64,000 nucleotides of DNA from an uncultured Candidatus Saccharibacteria bacterium (lineage in GTDB: Bacteria; Patescibacteriota; Minisyncoccia; Phycocordibacterales; Phycocordibacteraceae). Numbering within the stretch: position 1 is the stretch's first letter; the number at the start of each line of letters is the position of its first letter. This document shows positions 27,483 through 36,581 of the stretch, in pieces. The translations under genes were made by a program, and so were the position numbers. The DNA is taken from the NCBI GenBank assembly GCA_964371445.1, contig CAYJLK010000003.1:1108-65107 (forward strand), in the 5' to 3' direction. Below the pieces are notes generated by a model, which worked only from the letters and a program-made list of their open reading frames with translations, was not told where the DNA came from and ran no database searches.

Positions 27483-28736
27483 TTATTTCAAAACAAGAAC
27501 GAGGACGCCCTGCTTCCCTTTTCTGACGAGCGCATAACCGCCCGCGAGGTCGCCGTTATACACCTTCTGATCCGGATCGGTAATCGTCTGTCCGGAGAGG
27601 GTAATCCCCTTCCCGAGGATGAGGCGCCGCGCGTCACTCTTGCTTGAAGCGAGGCCGCCCGCGACGAGCGCCTCGGCGAGCGGAGAGCCGTCTGCGACAT
27701 CCTTCTTAGTAAGCGCGACCGACGGCGCTTCGGCGAGCGCGACCTGGAGCGCTTCGCGCGAAAGCTCGTGGAACGGTGTGTCGCCAAAAAGTGCGTCGGT
27801 CGCGGCGGCAGCCTGCGCGGTCGCGGCGGGGCCGTGGACTATCTCGGTCACGAGCCGCGCGAGCGTCTCCTGCGCTTGACGCTCGTCCGGTCTCTGTTTG
27901 TGCAGTTCGATAAGCACGCGTATCTCGGCAAGCGAGAGGAAGGTATAGACCTTCAGGTACTTCTCAATGCCGGCATCCGGCAGATTGATCCAGAACTGAT
28001 AGAAACGGAAGGGCGATGTCTTCTTCGGGTCAAGCCATAGTGCATTGCCCTCCGACTTGCCGAACTTCTTGCCGGACGTGTCGGTGACGAGCGGCATGCC
28101 GAGCGCATAGACCTGCTTTCCAGTGCGCTTGCGGATAAGGTCAACGCCCGAGAGGATGTTTGTCCACTGGTCGCTTCCGCCGATCTGGAGGTCTGCACCG
28201 TACTTCTCATTGAGCGTGAAGTAATCAAGACCTTGGAGGAGCGCATAGGTAAATTCCGTATAGGAGATGCTTTCGTCCGGAGTATCGAGGCGCTTCTTGA
28301 TGATGTCGCGCTTTATTAAATCATTGACCGTGAAGTGCTTGCCCACATCGCGGAGAAACGGGAGCAGCTTTACCTTTGTGAGCCAGTCAGCGTTGTCCAC
28401 CATTTTAAACGACGAGTGCCCGAGGATTCCTTTCAACTGCGACTTGAGCGCGCGCGTGTTCCGCGCGACCGTCTTCTCGTCGAGCATCACACGCTCCCCT
28501 TTCTCCTTCGGGTCGCCAATCATTCCCGTACCACCGCCGACGAGGAAGACGAGCTTGTGGCCGGCGTCGCCGAGCCGCTTCATAAACAGCACGACGGCGA
28601 GATTCCCGACTTGGATAGAGTCGGAGGTCGGGTCGATGCCGAGGTAGGCGGTGCGCGGCGCAGAGAGTACCTTCTCCGGTTCGGCAGAAGAGTATTCGAT
28701 AAGCCCGCGCGCTTTCAGTTCTTCGGCGAGATTCAT
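27483..28736 (-). CDS. tyrS: Tyrosine--tRNA ligase
   Basis: GIDPT, IGDP, SYTEFTY.LLQ, QIGGSDQW.NI, KFGKSEG, C-terminal S4 domain. Confidence 0.96.
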   Translation of the reverse strand: MNLAEELKARGLIEYSSAEPEKVLSAPRTAYLGIDPTSDSIQVGNLAVVLFMKRLGDAGHKLVFLVGGGTGMIGDPKEKGERVMLDEKTVARNTRALKSQLKGILGHSSFKMVDNADWLTKVKLLPFLRDVGKHFTVNDLIKRDIIKKRLDTPDESISYTEFTYALLQGLDYFTLNEKYGADLQIGGSDQWTNILSGVDLIRKRTGKQVYALGMPLVTDTSGKKFGKSEGNALWLDPKKTSPFRFYQFWINLPDAGIEKYLKVYTFLSLAEIRVLIELHKQRPDERQAQETLARLVTEIVHGPAATAQAAAATDALFGDTPFHELSREALQVALAEAPSVALTKKDVADGSPLAEALVAGGLASSKSDARRLILGKGITLSGQTITDPDQKVYNGDLAGGYALVRKGKQGVLVLVLK

Positions 28737-28752
28737 GCGAAAACTATAGCAC

Positions 28753-29274
28753 TTAACGCGCCAGGAAGAAGAGGCCGACGGCGGGAGCGACGAACCACCA
28801 CCAGAAGTAGGCCTTCGGCGCGAAGAGGAGGTCGATGGCGGGCGTGAAGCGGTAGACGTCGGCGACCGGGAATACGTGATATGCAAGCGCGATAAGGAAC
28901 GCGGCGGCAAGGAACGAGAGCGCGATAAGACCGAAGATGCCGATATAAAGGAAGTCAGAGACGACCACGCGGCGCAGGATAATGAAAAAGAGGAAGGAGA
29001 GGCCCAGGTAGAGGCCCGCCTGCGCAAGAAGCGCAGTCATCGCTGGAGCGGTCGGGAGGGCGGACATATATGGGAACATCAGATAGAGCGCATAGGCGCA
29101 GTAGAACGCGAGGAGCACCGAGACGAGCTGCCCGCGCCCGATGTACCACGCGTAGAGGAAGAAGACCGCGACCATTACGAGAATGATGAAGAAGTCGCTC
29201 ATACCGTTCCAGACGGTAAACGCGTACTGCGTCGCGAGCGTGTTTACCTGAGCGATCCCGTCGGTAGCGGACAT
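28753..29274 (-). CDS. Conserved membrane protein
   Basis: Five hydrophobic helices; ATG 6 nt after TATACT. Confidence 0.7.
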   Translation of the reverse strand: MSATDGIAQVNTLATQYAFTVWNGMSDFFIILVMVAVFFLYAWYIGRGQLVSVLLAFYCAYALYLMFPYMSALPTAPAMTALLAQAGLYLGLSFLFFIILRRVVVSDFLYIGIFGLIALSFLAAAFLIALAYHVFPVADVYRFTPAIDLLFAPKAYFWWWFVAPAVGLFFLAR

Positions 29275-29280
29275 GACTAA

Positions 29281-29308
29281 AGTATATAGTATTTAGTATA
29301 GAGTATAT
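29281..29308. repeat. Four imperfect tandem heptamers
   Basis: AGTATAT-AGTATTT-AGTATAG-AGTATAT. Confidence 0.6.
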
Positions 29309-29331
29309 AAGGAATCCCCTTATACTGGAGC

Positions 29332-30423
29332 TTAAAGTCCCTCGGTTTTCAGCTCTTCAAGCGCCTTTTTCGCCTTGCCAGAGAGCTTGTGCGGGAGGGC
29401 CACTTCGAGACGGATGATGAGGTCGCCACGGCCCCCTTGTTCGGGAATGCCCTTGCCGGCGACGCGCAGAAGTTCTTCGGCGCGTTTCATCACAGGGATC
29501 TTCACTTCGAGCGTCTTCCCTTCGAGCGTCTCAATCGAGACCGTTGTGCCGAGCAGGGCGTCGGTGAGCTTGACCGGCAAGTCCATAACAAGGTTCACAC
29601 CGTCGCGACGGAACGTCGTGTGCGGCTTCACGTGCACTTTTACATACAAATCGCCCGCAGTTCCCGCCTTGATTGCCTCGCCCGCCCCGGGCATGCGAAT
29701 CATCTCGCCGTTATCGATGCCGGCGGGTATGTTGATCTTTACCTCCTCCTGCTTGCGGTGCACGCCGTGGCCTTTGCACTCCGGACACTTCTCCTTGGGA
29801 ATCTTACCGGTGCCTTCGCACGCGGCGCAGGTGCGTACGCTCGTGAACTGACCGAGAATGGAATTGCGCGTTTCGTGCACGCGTCCGCTCCCGTTACAGG
29901 TCGTGCATTTCTCCAGCTCGGTGCCCGGCTTTGCACCATTGCCCTTACAGAGGGTGCAGGTCGAGACTTTACCGATAAGTACGGTGCGTGTCGTACCAAA
30001 AACCGCGTCCTTAAACGGAACTTCCAGGTCAATGGAGATGTCGCGCCCGCGTGGCGTACGCGACTGTTGCCGGCCGCCGCCGAACACGTCGCCGAAGATA
30101 TCACTGAAATCGAAATCGACGCCGCCTTGTCCGAACCCCTGCTGGAACTGTGAGAAATCAAATCCGCCGAACGGATTCCCACCGGCGCCTCCTGACTGCC
30201 CTGGATGCCCTCCAGGGAATGCCTGGCCGTAAGTGTCGTACTCGCGGCGCTTTTTATCGTCGGAGAGCACCGAGTAGGCCTCGGTGATTTCCTTGAACTT
30301 GGACTCGTCGGTGCCGCCCTTGTCGGGGTGGTACTTATGCGCGAGCTTCCTAAACGCCTTCTTAATGTCGTCTGGGCTCGCCCGTCTGTCGACGCCCAGT
30401 ACGTTGTAATAATCCTTTGCCAT
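29332..30423 (-). CDS. dnaJ: Chaperone DnaJ
   Basis: J domain HPD, G/F region, four CxxCxGxG repeats. Confidence 0.97.
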   Translation of the reverse strand: MAKDYYNVLGVDRRASPDDIKKAFRKLAHKYHPDKGGTDESKFKEITEAYSVLSDDKKRREYDTYGQAFPGGHPGQSGGAGGNPFGGFDFSQFQQGFGQGGVDFDFSDIFGDVFGGGRQQSRTPRGRDISIDLEVPFKDAVFGTTRTVLIGKVSTCTLCKGNGAKPGTELEKCTTCNGSGRVHETRNSILGQFTSVRTCAACEGTGKIPKEKCPECKGHGVHRKQEEVKINIPAGIDNGEMIRMPGAGEAIKAGTAGDLYVKVHVKPHTTFRRDGVNLVMDLPVKLTDALLGTTVSIETLEGKTLEVKIPVMKRAEELLRVAGKGIPEQGGRGDLIIRLEVALPHKLSGKAKKALEELKTEGL

Positions 30424-30459
30424 GATTTTGTCAGTATACGCTCTACTGTTTTTCTATGC

Positions 30460-30493
30460 AAAAACAAACCGCGCTTGCGCGCGGTTTGTTTTT
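30460..30493 (-). terminator. Terminator after dnaK
   Basis: AAAAACAAACCGCGC-TTGC-GCGCGGTTTGTTTTT. Confidence 0.85.
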
Positions 30494-32412
30494 TACGGTT
30501 TCTCTTTGAACTCGGCGTCGGTTGCCGGAGGGGCATCGGGTGGGGGCGTCTGACCTCCCTGCTCGCCGCCCGCTGCGGGCGGCGTAGTCTGCTTCGCCAT
30601 TGCTTCGCCAATTTTCGAGAGCGCGGCCGAGAGCGTCTCGGTCGCCGACTTGATAGTGCCCGCGTCTTCGCCCGCTCGCGCGGTCTTGAGCGCATCGATC
30701 TTGTCCTGTACCTCCTTCACTACTTCTGCCCCAGCCTTCTCGCCGAAGTCCTTGATCGCCTTCTCGCCGAAGTCCTTGATCGCCTTCTCGCCCGCGTAGA
30801 CCGCCTGGTCGGCGATGTTCCGCGCCTCGACGAGCTCTTTGCGCTTCTCGTCATCAGCGGCATGCGCCTCGGCGTCTGCCTGCATCTTCGCGATGTCATC
30901 TTTAGAAAGTCCCGTGGAGCCCTCGATGCGGATCGACTGCTCCTTGCTGGTCGTCTTCTCCTTCGCCTTGACCGTGAGGATGCCGGAGGCGTCCACATCA
31001 AAGGTGACTTCCACCTGCGGCATGCCGCGTGGCGCGGGCGGGATCCCGTCGAGCATAAACTTGCCCAAGGACTTGTTGTCGGCACTCATCGCGCGCTCGC
31101 CCTGGGTAATATGAATCTCGACCGACGGCTGATTGTCGGCAGCGGTCGAGAAGGTTTGCGAGCGAGAAGTAGGGATTGCCGTGTTGCGCTCGATAATCTT
31201 GGTCGCGACGCCTCCCATCGTCTCGATCGAGAGCGAGAGCGGGATGACATCAACAAGCAATATGTCCTTCACGTCCCCTTGCAGGATGCCCGCCTGAATC
31301 GCCGCACCGATGGCGACAACTTCGTCCGGGTTCACGCTCATGTTCGGCTTCTTACCGAAGAATTTCTCTACAGCCGCTTGGAGCGCGGGCATGCGCGTCT
31401 GACCGCCGACGAGAATGACCTCGTGTATGTCGGGGATTTTGAAGGGCGATGCCTCCATCGCGCGCTTCGTAATATCCATCGCGCGTTCTATGAACTCGTT
31501 TGAAAGCTCTTCCAGCTTCGCGCGGCTCATCTTGATAAGCAGGTGGCGCGGACCGGAGGCGTCGCTGGTGAGGAACGGAATGTTGATTTCTGTCTCCATC
31601 GCGCTCGAGAGTTCTATCTTCGCCTTCTCGGCGGCCTCGTCGAGGCGCTGGCGCGCGAGCGCATCGGTGCGCACATCAATGCCGCTCTCCTTCTTAAACT
31701 CGTCCGCGAGCCAGTTGATAATTTTCTGATCGATGTCCTTGCCGCCGAGGTGCGCGTCGCCGTCGGTCGACTTCACCTCGATCACGTCGCCGCCCACTTC
31801 GAGCACGGAGATGTCAAACGTGCCGCCGCCGAAGTCAAAGACGGCGATCTTCTCATCTTTCTTTTTATTAAATCCGTATGCGAGCGCAGCAGCGGTCGGC
31901 TCGTTGATGATGCGAAGCACTTCGAGGCCGGCGATCTGCCCCGCCGCCTTGGTCGCACTGCGCTGGTCGTCGTTAAAGTAGGCGGGGACGGTGATGACCG
32001 CCTGTGTCACCTTCTCGCCGAGCTTCGTTTCGGCGTCGGCCTTCATCTTGCCGAGGATCATCGCAGAGATCTCTTCAGAGCGGTACCACTTCTCGGTCAT
32101 CTTGACCTCGATACCGCCGTTCTCCGCCTTCCGCATCTCAAAAGGGACGACCGCCTTATCCTTCTGCACCTCCGGCTCGTCAAACGTGTGGCCGATGAAG
32201 CGCTTGATCTGGAAGATGGTGTTGAGCGGGTTGGTCACCGACTGGCGCTTGGCCAAGGTGCCGACGATGCGCTCGCCATTCTTCCCCACTGCCACGATAG
32301 ACGGGGTCGTGCGCGCACCCTCGGCGTTCTCGAGAACGCGCGGTTCGCCGCCCTCCACGACAGCCATCGCGGAATTCGTGGTGCCCAAATCAATACCGAG
32401 TATTTTTGCCAT
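30493..32412 (-). CDS. dnaK: Chaperone DnaK
   Basis: [47 protein letters not shown]. Confidence 0.98.
   Translation of the reverse strand: MAKILGIDLGTTNSAMAVVEGGEPRVLENAEGARTTPSIVAVGKNGERIVGTLAKRQSVTNPLNTIFQIKRFIGHTFDEPEVQKDKAVVPFEMRKAENGGIEVKMTEKWYRSEEISAMILGKMKADAETKLGEKVTQAVITVPAYFNDDQRSATKAAGQIAGLEVLRIINEPTAAALAYGFNKKKDEKIAVFDFGGGTFDISVLEVGGDVIEVKSTDGDAHLGGKDIDQKIINWLADEFKKESGIDVRTDALARQRLDEAAEKAKIELSSAMETEINIPFLTSDASGPRHLLIKMSRAKLEELSNEFIERAMDITKRAMEASPFKIPDIHEVILVGGQTRMPALQAAVEKFFGKKPNMSVNPDEVVAIGAAIQAGILQGDVKDILLVDVIPLSLSIETMGGVATKIIERNTAIPTSRSQTFSTAADNQPSVEIHITQGERAMSADNKSLGKFMLDGIPPAPRGMPQVEVTFDVDASGILTVKAKEKTTSKEQSIRIEGSTGLSKDDIAKMQADAEAHAADDEKRKELVEARNIADQAVYAGEKAIKDFGEKAIKDFGEKAGAEVVKEVQDKIDALKTARAGEDAGTIKSATETLSAALSKIGEAMAKQTTPPAAGGEQGGQTPPPDAPPATDAEFKEKP
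30734..30792. repeat. Perfect 24-bp tandem duplication in dnaK
   Basis: (GCCTTCTCGCCGAAGTCCTTGATC)x2 plus GCCTTCTCGCC; protein [20 protein letters not shown]. Confidence 0.9.
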
Positions 32413-32425
32413 AATGATAAATGAA

Positions 32426-32962
32426 TTAAACTTTGTGTCCGACACGCACTTTTGCCGGTCGAATAACGGTGTCGCCCACTCTCCAGCCCTTCTCAAGTAT
32501 GGATGTAATCATATCATTTTCTTTTTCTGATTCAACTTTGTCTTGACCCAATGCTTCGTGATAGACCGGATTAAATGCTTCGCCCACCTTGCCCACTTCC
32601 TCAAGCCCGAGCGCCGCGAAGGCGCCTTCCAATTGCTTCGCGATGGCGAGGAATCCTTCGGGGATTTCACCATGCTCTTTCGCGCGTTCGAGCGCGTCAA
32701 ACGCCGGCAGAAGCGTCTCTACCGCCCCTACCTTACCCTTTAACTGTGCGGCCGTGCCGTCGGTTTCTATGCGCTTCAAAAGGTTCACATAATCGGCCTT
32801 CGACCTCTGCCAGCCATCAAGATATTCCTGCTTGTCCTTGCGGCAGGCGCTGAGCTCCTCGCGAACCTTCGCAATTTTCGCCTCGGCGCGCTCCTCTCCG
32901 GCCTCGTCCCCCTCCGGTTCCACGACGCTGTTCTGGTCTATGTCATCGCCTTTCCATTCCAT
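32426..32962 (-). CDS. grpE: Nucleotide exchange factor GrpE
   Basis: [31 protein letters not shown]...VIRPAKV. Confidence 0.93.
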   Translation of the reverse strand: MEWKGDDIDQNSVVEPEGDEAGEERAEAKIAKVREELSACRKDKQEYLDGWQRSKADYVNLLKRIETDGTAAQLKGKVGAVETLLPAFDALERAKEHGEIPEGFLAIAKQLEGAFAALGLEEVGKVGEAFNPVYHEALGQDKVESEKENDMITSILEKGWRVGDTVIRPAKVRVGHKV

Positions 32963-33007
32963 ACGCTCACTATGCCCGAAATTTCTTACGGGGTCAATAA
33001 AACGAAC

Positions 33008-33029
33008 GCCGCTCCGATTTTGGAGCGGC
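33008..33029 (-). terminator. Terminator of the 60-aa ORF
   Basis: GCCGCTCC-GATTTT-GGAGCGGC with a U-rich tail on the minus strand. Confidence 0.65.
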
Positions 33030-33212
33030 TCACGAGACATCGTCTTGTGGTTTTGGATTGGGTACAAACTCTGCATCCCACGTCCACCACTTGTCGTCTC
33101 TTTCGTGGAGCTCTTTACCGCAGTGGATGCAGTTTGTTGTCCCGCGAGCACCCTGCATCGCTTCGCATCGTCCCCTAATTTCGCAAATGGGGTTACCTTC
33201 TTCGTCTAACAT
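33030..33212 (-). CDS. 60-aa hypothetical Cys-containing (zinc-ribbon-like) protein
   Basis: C...C...CIHCG; GAGGAG SD, TTGACT upstream, own terminator. Confidence 0.6.
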   Translation of the reverse strand: MLDEEGNPICEIRGRCEAMQGARGTTNCIHCGKELHERDDKWWTWDAEFVPNPKPQDDVS

Positions 33213-33300
33213 GACGTTCTCCTCAAGATTGCCTGCAGAGACTCTATGTTCCTATCATGTTCAAGTCAAACCCGCCCCGCCGCCCCGAGCCGGAATCAAT

Positions 33301-33342
33301 TTAGGACATGACATGTCCTAAATGGGTTCAAGGAAGGACTGG
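33301..33342. repeat. Direct repeat, copy 1 (palindrome TTAGGACAT-GAC-ATGTCCTAA plus ATGGGTTCAAGGAAGGA)
   Basis: Matches 35579-35620 with few mismatches. Confidence 0.85.
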
Positions 33343-33368
33343 GGGTGGTGGAAAAATGAAATATCCTT

Positions 33369-33391
33369 TTCGCAAAGTCGAACCTTGCGAA
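33369..33391. repeat. 10-3-10 palindrome of the AAGGT-N3-ACCTT family
   Basis: TTCGCAAAGT-CGA-ACCTTGCGAA (one mismatch). Confidence 0.6.
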
Positions 33392-33400
33392 GTCAAATAA

Positions 33401-33438
33401 AAAACGGCACAGAAGTTTTCGAGCTTCCTGCGCCGTTT
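33401..33438 (-). terminator. Terminator of the 44-aa ORF
   Basis: Minus strand AAACGGCGCAGGAAG...CTTCTGTGCCGTTTTTT. Confidence 0.7.
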
Positions 33439-33455
33439 CCGGAACTCCCGATGCA

Positions 33456-33590
33456 TCATTCCCATCCTTCGAACGAGCCCGGTTCGTTCGGTTGGACCAA
33501 CTGTTGCGGGGTCATCCCAGCATCCGGGACACCATCGTCGTTAAACCACTCCACCAACGTTCTCCACATGCGCTTGAGCAATTCCATCAT
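33456..33590 (-). CDS. 44-aa peptide MMELLKRMWRTLVEWFNDDGVPDAGMTPQQLVQPNEPGSFEGWE
   Basis: Translated by hand; GGAGG SD just upstream, terminator downstream. Confidence 0.6.
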   Translation of the reverse strand: MMELLKRMWRTLVEWFNDDGVPDAGMTPQQLVQPNEPGSFEGWE

Positions 33591-33700
33591 TACCTCCGCC
33601 TATGTTGTGTGACTGGGAACAGTTTAAACCAAGTACAACGTAGCACCTTTCGGAATACACGATTCTTCCGTCGTTGGGATTCTCTCCAACGACGCCGCGA

Positions 33701-34018
33701 CTAGTGCATGAAGGCAATGGGAATGTTCTGGTCGCGCAGCGCTCGTGCGAGAGCGGTCCTTGTCGTCTGTATGTCCGAACAATAGATCCGCAGTTCCTGT
33801 ACCGAGCTTGATTGCCTCACCGTCAGGAGCAGGAACCCTTGCATGTCGCAGAATTTGACCTTTTGAGTCCCACCAGACGACCCAGTTCCATTCTGCAGCA
33901 GACCGAGCGAAATCCCTTTTACTTCTGCCAGTCGCGCAGCGATGTCTGCTACTTTGCCAGCCAAATCAGTGCATGTAGTGTGTGTACCTCTGAACTTCCC
34001 GCCATTACGATGCGGCAT
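33701..34018 (-). CDS. DUF2103-like small protein
   Basis: GGKF.GTHTT...VKGISLG...LLTVRQSSSVQELRI; promoter TTGACA-17-TATATA and AGGGGG SD. Confidence 0.7.
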   Translation of the reverse strand: MPHRNGGKFRGTHTTCTDLAGKVADIAARLAEVKGISLGLLQNGTGSSGGTQKVKFCDMQGFLLLTVRQSSSVQELRIYCSDIQTTRTALARALRDQNIPIAFMH

Positions 34019-34182
34019 GATGCCCCCTTTGTTTAGATAGTTAGAATGTTCAGCTATTTCTTATATAACACGACACATTCATTATGTCAAACCCTCACCG
34101 TTTTTTCAGGGTGGAAGATGGTGGAGTGAAAAGAAGACCGCCCTCAGGGAGGGCGGTACTACGAAAACTACAGAACCGACGG

Positions 34183-34722
34183 CTAGCTAACGAGACTCAG
34201 CTGTCCGCGCTTCGGGAACGGGCAGAGCAATGTCCGCCGTGGCAGGATGATTGAATCGTGTCCGTGGTGGGTATGGTTGATCCAATAATTCAGACCGAAC
34301 GAATTCACCCGAACCTGTTGGTGCTCGAGGAGCGTGATGCCCACCCAGAGTATCCCTTTGCTCACCGCGTTGCCCCAGTTCTTCTTCCCAGACCACGCGA
34401 GAACGAACTCGCTGCTGAAGGAGTCGAACTTGAACGGGTCGGCTGACTTGGGGTCCGGACATGCGGCGAACCAGCTGATATGGTCCAACGCAAAGTCACC
34501 GAGGAAATGCTTCGGATGTCGATATTCGATTACCTCACCACTCCGCTGGTGCCCGACCATTGCAATCGGTTCTGGCGTTGAAGCTGGTATATCGAACAAC
34601 GAGACCGTCCTGAGGGGCCTCTCGTACACGTAATCGTACTTGGTGCCCATGCGGATCTCGTAGAGGACGTCCAAAAGCGTTGCGACCTTCGGCATTACTT
34701 CAATGTGCTTCTTTCCAAACAT
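34183..34722 (-). CDS. Hypothetical protein (179 aa)
   Basis: GAGGTG SD, TGGACG-17-TAGTGT promoter, terminator hairpin at 34137-34157. Confidence 0.65.
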   Translation of the reverse strand: MFGKKHIEVMPKVATLLDVLYEIRMGTKYDYVYERPLRTVSLFDIPASTPEPIAMVGHQRSGEVIEYRHPKHFLGDFALDHISWFAACPDPKSADPFKFDSFSSEFVLAWSGKKNWGNAVSKGILWVGITLLEHQQVRVNSFGLNYWINHTHHGHDSIILPRRTLLCPFPKRGQLSLVS

Positions 34723-34911
34723 TTTATCACCTCGCTAGGAGAATGATTGCACTCGGAGGGCTAGCCTCACAAAGCGACGTCTCAGGATTGAGAACGTTTA
34801 ATTACACTACAATAAGTATTATCCGCCGTCCATACCTCTCCGAACCGGAAGTGATGGGGTAAAAAGTGAACCGCCTCCCAACGGTTCAGGTTGGTGGCGG
34901 TTTTAATCGAG

Positions 34912-35493
34912 CTAACGGAAGGTCATGTACGTGGCCGCATAGCTGACCTCGTCGAAAGTCAGGTAACCCTGAGTTCGCACTTCGCGAACACTGAGTCCCT
35001 CCATGGCATCTTTCTGCGAACTCACGTTGCGTATCGTGCGGCATCCGGTTATATAGAAATCCCGGAATCCCATCAGCATAGCGGCCAGGTCGACGGCTTC
35101 TTCTTGTTTGTGCAGCGGATGTCTGACGGAGTCGAGTAGGATGTGGCACAACTCATGCGCAATCGCACACGCCACCTCCTCAAAGCAACCTTCCGTCACG
35201 AATGACTTCCGGAGATACATCGTGATAAGGGTTTGCCTGAATTCCAGAGTTCCGAGCATGGGTATGCGTCTCGGGACGACTACCCATGCCGGCGCCCTTT
35301 CTCCGCCACCGTTGACCAACCCAAGGAGAACCCGCATGTCCAAGTGTAGGGCGCCCCTGATGTAATTGACCATCGCCGCGTAGTCCTGTCTGTTGTATTC
35401 GTGCCGCAACCGATCTTCTTCAATTGGCGGTCTGAGCGGGCCAAACGAAAGCCGCAGACTGTCGATGTAAGACTCGAGCATATTCTTTCTCAC
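34912..35493 (-). CDS. HExxH zinc-metallopeptidase-like protein (ImmA/IrrE-like motif layout)
   Basis: AIAHELCHILL...EEAVDLAAMLMGF; GTG start, G-rich SD, TTGACA-17-TATATA, terminator at 34869-34903. Confidence 0.65.
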   Translation of the reverse strand: MRKNMLESYIDSLRLSFGPLRPPIEEDRLRHEYNRQDYAAMVNYIRGALHLDMRVLLGLVNGGGERAPAWVVVPRRIPMLGTLEFRQTLITMYLRKSFVTEGCFEEVACAIAHELCHILLDSVRHPLHKQEEAVDLAAMLMGFRDFYITGCRTIRNVSSQKDAMEGLSVREVRTQGYLTFDEVSYAATYMTFR

Positions 35494-35578
35494 AATATTC
35501 CCCCCGATTGTAATGTTCGAATTGAGTCTCTCGACTCGGCCAAGCTTTTATATATCACGCAAATACTGTTCTGTCAAC

Positions 35579-35620
35579 TTAGGACATGTCATGTCCTAAA
35601 TGGGTTCAAGGAAGGATTGT
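35579..35620. repeat. Direct repeat, copy 2 (palindrome TTAGGACAT-GTC-ATGTCCTAA plus ATGGGTTCAAGGAAGGA)
   Basis: Matches 33301-33342; the central triplet is the reverse complement. Confidence 0.85.
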
Positions 35621-35628
35621 GGTGGGGC

Positions 35629-35673
35629 AAAAACAAAAGAACGCCCGAGGTTATCGAGCGTTCTTTTTGTTTT
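35629..35673 (-). terminator. Terminator after rpsI
   Basis: AAAACAAAAGAACGC...GCGTTCTTTTTGTTTT. Confidence 0.8.
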
Positions 35674-35674
35674 A

Positions 35675-36073
35675 TTAGCGTTTGCTCCACTGTGGGGCCT
35701 TGCGGGCTTTCTTGAGGCCTGGCTTCTTGCGCTCCTTGGCGCGCGGGTCGCGCTTGAGGAAGGTCGCAGCCTTCAAGACCTTGCGGGTGTTCGGCTCCGC
35801 CTTGATAATGGCGCGGCTGATCGCGTGGCGCACGGCGTCTGCCTGCGCGGCGATACCGCCGCCCGAGACGTGGGCCGTGACGGCGTAGTGCTCGGCACTC
35901 TCAGCCTTGGCGAACGCTTCTTCGGCAATGTGGGCGCGCAGGTCAGTCTTGAAATAGTCCTTCGCGGTTTTGCCGTTGACCGTGAGGCTCGACTTCGCAG
36001 CTTTCGCCATGCGGACGCTCGCGATAGCGGTCTTGCGGCGTCCGACGGCAGTGATGAAATTTTTTAATGCCAT
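35675..36073 (-). CDS. rpsI: 30S ribosomal protein S9
   Basis: GRRKTAIASVR...GGG...ERKKPGLKKARKAPQWSKR. Confidence 0.97.
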   Translation of the reverse strand: MALKNFITAVGRRKTAIASVRMAKAAKSSLTVNGKTAKDYFKTDLRAHIAEEAFAKAESAEHYAVTAHVSGGGIAAQADAVRHAISRAIIKAEPNTRKVLKAATFLKRDPRAKERKKPGLKKARKAPQWSKR

Positions 36074-36084
36074 ACCCCAAATGA

Positions 36085-36177
36085 TTACCTTGCGCGGTTG
36101 CGCGTGCTGATAAAAGTTGCGGCAGCCACTCGCGTGGACTTGAACTCGGTGGACATACGGCTCTGGTGAGTAATCAT
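36085..36177 (-). CDS. Possible 30-aa ORF MITHQSRMSTEFKSTRVAAATFISTRNRAR
   Basis: Translated by hand; fills the rplM-rpsI gap almost exactly. Confidence 0.3.
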   Translation of the reverse strand: MITHQSRMSTEFKSTRVAAATFISTRNRAR

Positions 36178-36190
36178 ACGGGGCAAGTTA

Positions 36191-36565
36191 TTATGCGTTG
36201 ACGACGAGATTTTTCATCCGCGGCGCACGCAGCTTGTTGCGCGGAATCATCCCGTCAACTGTCTTCTTGACCACCTCGGCGATACCCTTCTTGTCGATCA
36301 TCACGTCCATGCGCACCTCACGCAAACCGCCCGGGTAGCCGGTGTAGTGCGTGTAGACCTTCCCTTTTGCACGGCGGTCGGTGATATGGAGCTTGCTCGC
36401 ATTGTTGATAGTGACGGTCATCGGGAGCGCCTGATTCTTAGCGAAGTGTACCGACTTCTTGCCCAAGAGTGCGCTCGCCGCCTCGCTACACACGCGACCG
36501 AGCGTGCGGTCGGTCGCGTCGATGATGTAGGTTGTGGGTGCCGGTTTGGTGTTGGAAGTTGCCAT
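36191..36565 (-). CDS. rplM: 50S ribosomal protein L13
   Basis: IIDA...LGR..S..A..LLGK, YTGYPGGL, VDGMIPRNKL. Confidence 0.95.
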   Translation of the reverse strand: MATSNTKPAPTTYIIDATDRTLGRVCSEAASALLGKKSVHFAKNQALPMTVTINNASKLHITDRRAKGKVYTHYTGYPGGLREVRMDVMIDKKGIAEVVKKTVDGMIPRNKLRAPRMKNLVVNA

Positions 36566-36581
36566 GGATGAGATATGAATA

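Noticed and set aside
27483-29027. N-terminally extended versions of tyrS, dnaK, grpE, dnaB, ftsW, the M23 gene and others given by the ORF track
   Set aside because: The extensions overlap neighbouring genes; family homology starts at downstream ATGs, most of which have a -10 box or an overlapping stop just upstream.
32435-32445. GTGTC-C-GACAC mini-palindrome at the grpE end as another REP copy
   Set aside because: The arms are only 5 bp, the geometry differs, and it is explained by the normal VRVG codons.
32400-33000. CIRCE operator or hrcA for grpE-dnaK-dnaJ
   Set aside because: No TTAGCACTC-N9-GAGTGCTAA and no hrcA in the window.
35675-35700. Duplication of the rpsI 3' end as att site for the 33.0-35.6 kb array
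   Set aside because: No second copy of the rpsI terminal codons was found near grpE.
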